This document shows positions 57,850-64,000 of a stretch of 64,000 nt of DNA, piece by piece. The stretch covers positions 4,030,001-4,094,000 of the forward strand of contig CM119375.1 of the NCBI GenBank assembly GCA_051294905.1. Reading direction: 5' to 3'. The notes below the pieces were generated by a model, which ran no database searches, had not been told where the DNA came from, and saw nothing but the letters and a program-made list of their open reading frames with translations. This DNA is from Botryllus schlosseri. Its lineage: Eukaryota. How positions within the stretch are numbered: the stretch's first letter is position 1; each line of letters begins with the position of its first letter. Position numbers and translations under genes: made by a program.

Positions 57850-60800
57850 CTGTAACAACTCAGTTTTAATTTTTGCCAACTCAACATGCATACGAACCGT
57901 TTACCGTGTTTGTTAGAACTATTCGATAGCGACGACAGTCTTAGTGAGGATATATTCATCATTGACATCGGGTGATGGGGAATAAGGTTACTTCTGAATA
58001 TCCTGATCGCTTAAGGACGACATTCATGGACAAAAATGGATAGTGTATGAATGCTACAGTTGGGTTTGGTATCCATCCTAGTTCCAGAATAGGAGAGAGG
58101 TTATTCTTTTCCGATCATATTTCCTCACTATATTTATTTTGTTAGCCTCTTCTCAGATTGAGTTCTCGCAACTATTTCGCTAACGTTACATTGGCATGCT
58201 CGGTGGACGCGAAGGTATGATGGCATATGAGTGTTTACGCGTTCTGTTGTTTTTAATAAGTAACTTATCAACCGATCCTTGAAACCGTCGGCTTTCCCGC
58301 GCTTCGCCCAAATCAAACATCACCAATGTTTCGCCAAATTTACCAGCAGTAAATCTCACTGCACTGTAAATCTCATTTATCAGTTGGTGACCACATGACG
58401 AAATATAGCGCTTAATATTCGCTGCAATGATGCCACTATTTGATATTGAATTGTCGTAACACATCTATCTACACAAGTCATCTATGTAAGAGTGTATGTA
58501 CGTCCACTATACAGGTCCTGCGTTTTCAATGCTTGTAAGCATCACAGTAACTCCACTTTCAAGAAGAGGCTGTTAAAATGTATTTGTGCTATAGAGCAAA
58601 CTATGGAAATGAAAAATTCCAATAAGGTTTTACGAGGAGAGACTTGTATGTATGTGCATAGTCTTTTGCCTAGATGTCTGAAATTCAATAGAAAGTGCCA
58701 AGCAGCGGATGTCGATGGTTGGTTCGTTCTTTCTTTCTTGCATTGGCCGGTTGGCTATTCACGTCGAGTGGCCGCGTTTCATTGATAGTTCGATCCCTGA
58801 CGTCATTGGAAGCAAATACGTCATGGCGATAACCCATTTCGAACGGAACCCGCGGAATCTGACAAATATTGAACAGTCAAACACTAGCGAGTCGCGATAA
58901 CCCAATAAGCATATAAACCTTCGGCCTATTGAACGGAAAGAATGGTTCTATCATGAATTTTTTTGCTGGGCATCTATGATATGAGAACTGGTAGATACGA
59001 ACCTGCTATGAATGAGTTTCGTATTTTTTCACCTTTGCGCACTCGGTCGATATCATGATCCTACGGTCCTCGCTGTTTATTTCAACACATGCTTCACACA
59101 GCAATGGCGTATCCTTTGTCGGCTACGAGTGTTTCATGGTTCAATTATAACTCTATTTTATTCTCTACGAATACCGCTATCTAAAAATGCGATTCAGTTA
59201 TTTGTATTAATGCGATTCAGTCATTTATATTAATGCTATTGACCTCGTAAGCAATATTAGCTACGACATGCAGCCGTAGCTACCCATTTACATGGAGTTT
59301 TGATGCGTACGGATTGGTCCAAGACATATTTCATCAACGGAACGCACAGGTTATTGACAATGGAGCTCTGCATAAAATGACAACTACGGCCAACCCAAGT
59401 AACAAGGTTGTGAAGGGAATCTCGACAAAATGCCTTTAAGCCTAATAGCTATGAAGATCCTGCAAGGTTAGACAATCTCAGATATTACTTCTACGACTTT
59501 AATCAACTATACTATATTCTAGAAAGCCAACTCCATAACACTCAATCATTGAGATTGTGGCGTAAGGTAGTATATACTTGTAGAAAGCGCGGAAGAAGCT
59601 GGGACAATTCAGAATGACTGTTAATTCCGCCACGTATAACAGCACATCCTGATATTGCTTCGGCTCCTTCGCAAAACTGATCAAGTATGATTGAGAAGTC
59701 AACTCTTATAAGCGTTTATGATGTGGACTTTTTTCTGTTTCGCTTTTCCGCCATCCCACCACGGCAAGGGCTTGTCCGTCAACCAGCGCGTTTGTAATAA
59801 CCAAGCAAAGTGCCAAGACGCACCGTGCGCGCTGTTTTGTAGCTAGAATGACAGTTAACCGTATTGTCTTAGTGGGTTTGGTAAACCCAACGGTAATTAA
59901 AAACCGTCGCTTCTGCAAACACATCCAACCATACACTAATGACTCTGCGTTAATGTACAACCAGATACCAAAGCGTAGAGTGGGCAAACACGCTCTAATA
60001 TCATAAGGAGTAGGAGATGGACGACGGAAATAAGGATACGCCCAGAGCATCTCACTTTTTTGTAACGATTTGATATCGAAAGATAATTTATTGCGACTTG
60101 ATTGGTTACCAGGTAGCATCGTGTTTGCTTAGCTCGGTGCTTACGCTTCATGTTCTGTAATATCGAAACACAGCAACCGGCCTCGCCTAGACACGTTAAA
60201 ACCGCGGGCTCTTGAAAACTAAAGTTGCTTTATCGCGACACGGAAAACTACATTTTCATTTCAAGCTAGACCTTGTTTATTACAAATACTTTGATGATGT
60301 TTCATTTTACCTGACTATAATCCTCTAGGATTTAACGGAGACGCTTACCAGTCAACAAATTTTATTGCTGTGAATCTCATTTCATGCGGGAGTGAGATAA
60401 AGCCACAATTCCCAAGCATATCAAAGGATGCTCCTAAAATATAGTTTCCAATCAGTCTAGTCCGAATGCCTTTCGAAATCGTTTACAAAACCAAGACCTA
60501 CAGCATATTAGCAAAAGCCTTTGGAATTCTACAATTTCCTTCCCATGTTCAATTACAAATGCGAATTCGGTGGCAGTCTTCGGTGACCTCTTCTCGGTGC
60601 TATATCCATAACCGAATAAACATTTCACCTTGCAGTCACGAAACAAGCTCCGTCGTCTCTGAAAATAGAATTCACCGCTCACCTTCCAATACCACCGCGT
60701 AACTTCAACTCAGTACGTGGACCTAACCAAAATTCATGCGAAGCAAGACTTGCAAGTGTTGGAATAAGCATGGGATCCCACGGTGAGGGGAAAATAGACT

Positions 60801-61583
60801 CGCCGTCATTAAAATTTAACAGTCACATGATTGGATATAAGATCGACAATGAAAAGATATATAAATATATTCGGGCGATGTATAAATATTATCATTGGTG
60901 GTTGGGTTAGGCCCGAAATGCGTATTTCTCAAAAGGGTAGAATGTATAGCAGCGTAGAACCTTACATGGTTCCTTTGCGAATCAAGGTTCACATACCGAA
61001 CGGAAGTGTGGACAGAGCGTCCGTACCACCGCTAGAAACATGCATTCATTATAATAACAGTCAAGTTTTAAAACGCTCTTATCGCACCAACATGCGCAAG
61101 ACCCAATCAGTTAACTGAGTAAGAGCAAACGGCAACCCCACAAATCATTCCTTAAACCAGTGCCCTTCAACATTTTGCGGTGCGGGGCACACTTAAACTT
61201 GTTGTGTGACGAACTCATGCATTCCTTTCCATAATCGGCCGCTACAGTTTCCCCTGGACGTGAGCTGATGAAAAAAATTATCATTTTCACTTGGCACTTG
61301 CTGAATCCGTAGAAATTGAACTAGTTATTATTTAAGTTTCATATTATATATTATAAAAGATGTCAGCATCGCCGCGCTCTAAAGTGACACCTATTTCAGT
61401 AGCTGACTAATAAAATAAGGTCAGCACTTTCGTAAGTCACTTTAGACAAGAGCGTAATGATTCTTATGATCCCGTATATACCCTTTGGCATCGGGGCACC
61501 CCACACATAGGGTGCACCTTGCACACCGGCAGACACAGACACGCCGAGTGAAAAATTAAAAATAAGGTTATAATGCTAAATAG

Positions 61584-62576
61584 TAGGGATGGTGTGAACC
61601 TGTGAAAGGTTCAGGTTCGTGTGAACGCGAACCTTTTTGAAAGGTTCTGTGTGAACGCGAACGTGAATCTCATGACGTGACGCGGCGTCATATTGCTAAT
61701 TCCAACCCTACATTTCGGTGAAGTGATAGCCGATATTAATGTACACGATACCTAGCGATGACTCGGGTCACATAATGTCACAATGCTGAAGTACATATTG
61801 ACGTTTTAGACGTCGCCAAATGTATCAACCGGGGCAATCAAATGTTATTATAATAATCCCATAAAATCAATATCTTCCGCCGCTTTGCCATCAATTTCTA
61901 CGAGGACTTGCAGGGGTATATAAGCTTACGCCTTAACAGTCTAGGCCAGACCGGACAATATATTCGGCGTCTGGGTATTGCGACGTTGATATTGAGCATA
62001 GTGTAAAACGGGTTTCTATACTCGCTACCGATATTACCCCATTAACAGGTTATACATTGTAGCCAACGCACGGATTTTGTTTTTATGATACAATAGACTT
62101 ATGGAGTCAAGATTGACCCCGTATACCTGCTAGATCTTTTTACATCAGACAACGATATCAATTCCATTGAATGGTTAAATAAGCATCATTCGCTGACTAC
62201 GTGTAGTGTATTTCGCTCTTGATGTTGTATCATTGCTGGTCAAGCTCACAGCAGAGAGTCACTACATATTCACAAACGGAAAGCTGAATATTTCGAGCAA
62301 ACTTTTGTAACAAAGCAAGTAAAATTTTTGAGATTGTCAAGGTGCATGTTCGTTTAGTGTTGATTTTCTATGCTGCCAGCGCCATGCATAGAATTGCTCG
62401 CAGTTGAAATGCAATAAATTTCAACCAAAGATATTATAATGAAGTGAAAATTGTAATATATATGAAAAGGTTCACAGTGCAGAACCTACCAAGGTTCGTT
62501 TGTGAACGTGAACCTCTAAATTTCGATGGTTCACACACAGAACGCGAACGTGAACCTCACGTTCACACTATCCCTA
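61584..62576. mobile_element. Non-autonomous hAT element with GTGAAC(G/C) subterminal repeats
   Basis: TIR TAGGGAT(G/A)GTGTGAAC; perfect TSD CTAAATAG. Confidence 0.9.
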
Positions 62577-64000
62577 CTAAATAGTTTGGAGTACGCAGCT
62601 TGTACACTACGTTTCCTGCTCCAGGATCACGTAAACACGCATGAATAAGTCATCCACGCGTGACTCATCCATGATCCCAAAACATCGCAATATATGGTGA
62701 TATGGTGGAACATCGAGGTCATTATTCAATGTTTTATTGTTGCCTTATTGCTGGTACATCTGAGTACACGTTTCGAATTACAAATAATTTGAATAACGTT
62801 TGATAGTTAACGGATACAGTTAATGACCCACTTTTCACAAAGTTAACTACATTCAATTCGTTTTTCCAGTCTTCATGTAGCTTATGGTCCGCAAACTATA
62901 CATACACGCTATAGAGAACGTACATAATACCGTATTAATTGATTTTCACAGTTTACAGTATATGCACCGGACCGTGGTACAATTTGTAGGTTGTCTAGAC
63001 AATAGCCATACTTAGTTTTGTGGGAGGTACAGGCCGTGAGGCGCACTGTTATAAAAAAATCGCATGCGAAATACTCAAACTTAGTCTCCGAAAGCTTTGC
63101 GCATTTCGTGACAAACCACGACAGACCACCAACGGTCTGTTCGTTTATGGAGCTTGTATAATTATTTTGACTCGCAATCCAGATAAAACATCTACATTTC
63201 ACAATGTTCGTGTCCCTTTGTGGGCTCAGGGTAAGCATTCGCGATCAAGTAGGAATCAACAACCAAACATCTTACAAGTTTCAGCTGAGACTGGAGCCTA
63301 GTAATTGTGTGGTCATTGGCATTGACATTGGGCAAGGACGCGGTAAAGTGCTGCACCAATATCAAAATTTACATTCGTGAATACACATAACAATCTAATT
63401 AGACCATACGTCGCGATTTATATAACGTCATCTGATTGAGGGTGGGTACGGGGACAGTGTATGCACGAACATTGGCTTGCCGCCAAGCAGCGAAATAAGG
63501 ATCTTTCAGAAAATTAAATAAAGCTTCATCGGCCAACGTCCGATATGGCTCCCAGCCAAAGCCATACAGTAATGATTGCCAACAGTATTTCACTAACCAC
63601 TACGACCATCGAATTGACTTAACACTCAAGGCTGTGTGCAATAGAAGCGTCGTGAAGCACATAGGAACACCGGTATTGGCGGTGAGTTGATTACATGCAG
63701 TATTAGACAGGTTTCTTTCTGAAGTAGACGCGGTCATTAATCACGGTAAACTCACTCCACGAATTCAATTTTAACTCTCGTCCAATCAACGCAGCCCGTC
63801 CGCCATCATGGGCATAACGACATCCTCAATTCTCCAGCGTTAAGCAAACAGCGCGATAACATACACTGGAAATACCGGGTTAATCATCACCCAATCAATA
63901 TTTATGAATTTCAACGTTTTCTTAGCAAATAGATGGGAGTGGTAATGGTAAATATAAACTGCTCTGCGAAATGATAATGCGCTTGGGTGTAGTTCAAATG

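Noticed and set aside
59745-59845. Antistasin-like Cys motif on the + strand (VCNNQAKCQDAPCALFCS)
   Set aside because: It stops immediately after the motif, the remaining Cys are missing, and there are no supporting splice sites.
906-63593. Most ORF-track entries as stand-alone genes
   Set aside because: They are short, have no recognisable domains, and overlap repeats or lie antisense to real exons; this density is expected by chance. The real CDS is spliced.
63399-63593. Chromodomain-like WEP motif (WQSLLYGFGWEPYRTL)
   Set aside because: Spacing is off and there is no integrase or LTR context; probably chance.

Overview
AT-rich eukaryotic (animal) genomic DNA with GT-AG introns, some only about 60-70 nt. 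It is most likely an ascidian/tunicate, but that is inference from intron size, repeat landscape and gene architecture. The ORF track misses the real genes because they are split into short exons. By hand I assembled two tandem minus-strand genes for secreted complement-control-protein (CCP/Sushi/SCR) proteins, in which every intron is phase 1. Gene 1 (52284->29264) has 12 exons and 682 aa: signal peptide + 10 CCP + somatomedin-B domain + 4-aa tail. Gene 2 (8700->2541 or beyond) has a signal peptide and at least 4 CCP, and its 3' end is uncertain. A third, weaker chain of three phase-compatible exons (57849->56303) resembles part of an F-type-lectin/discoidin fold. The rest is dense with transposons: many non-autonomous hAT elements (mostly with intact 8-bp TSDs), decayed hAT transposases, P/Galileo-like foldback elements, a tRNA-derived SINE family, CR1/L2-type 3' ends, a Penelope remnant and multi-level nests. 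One 36-bp TIR-TIR remnant with a perfect 7-bp TSD looks like a P-type excision footprint. There is a 267-N assembly gap at 16827-17093. I found no rRNA, genuine tRNA gene or CRISPR array. All coordinates were counted manually and no database search was run.
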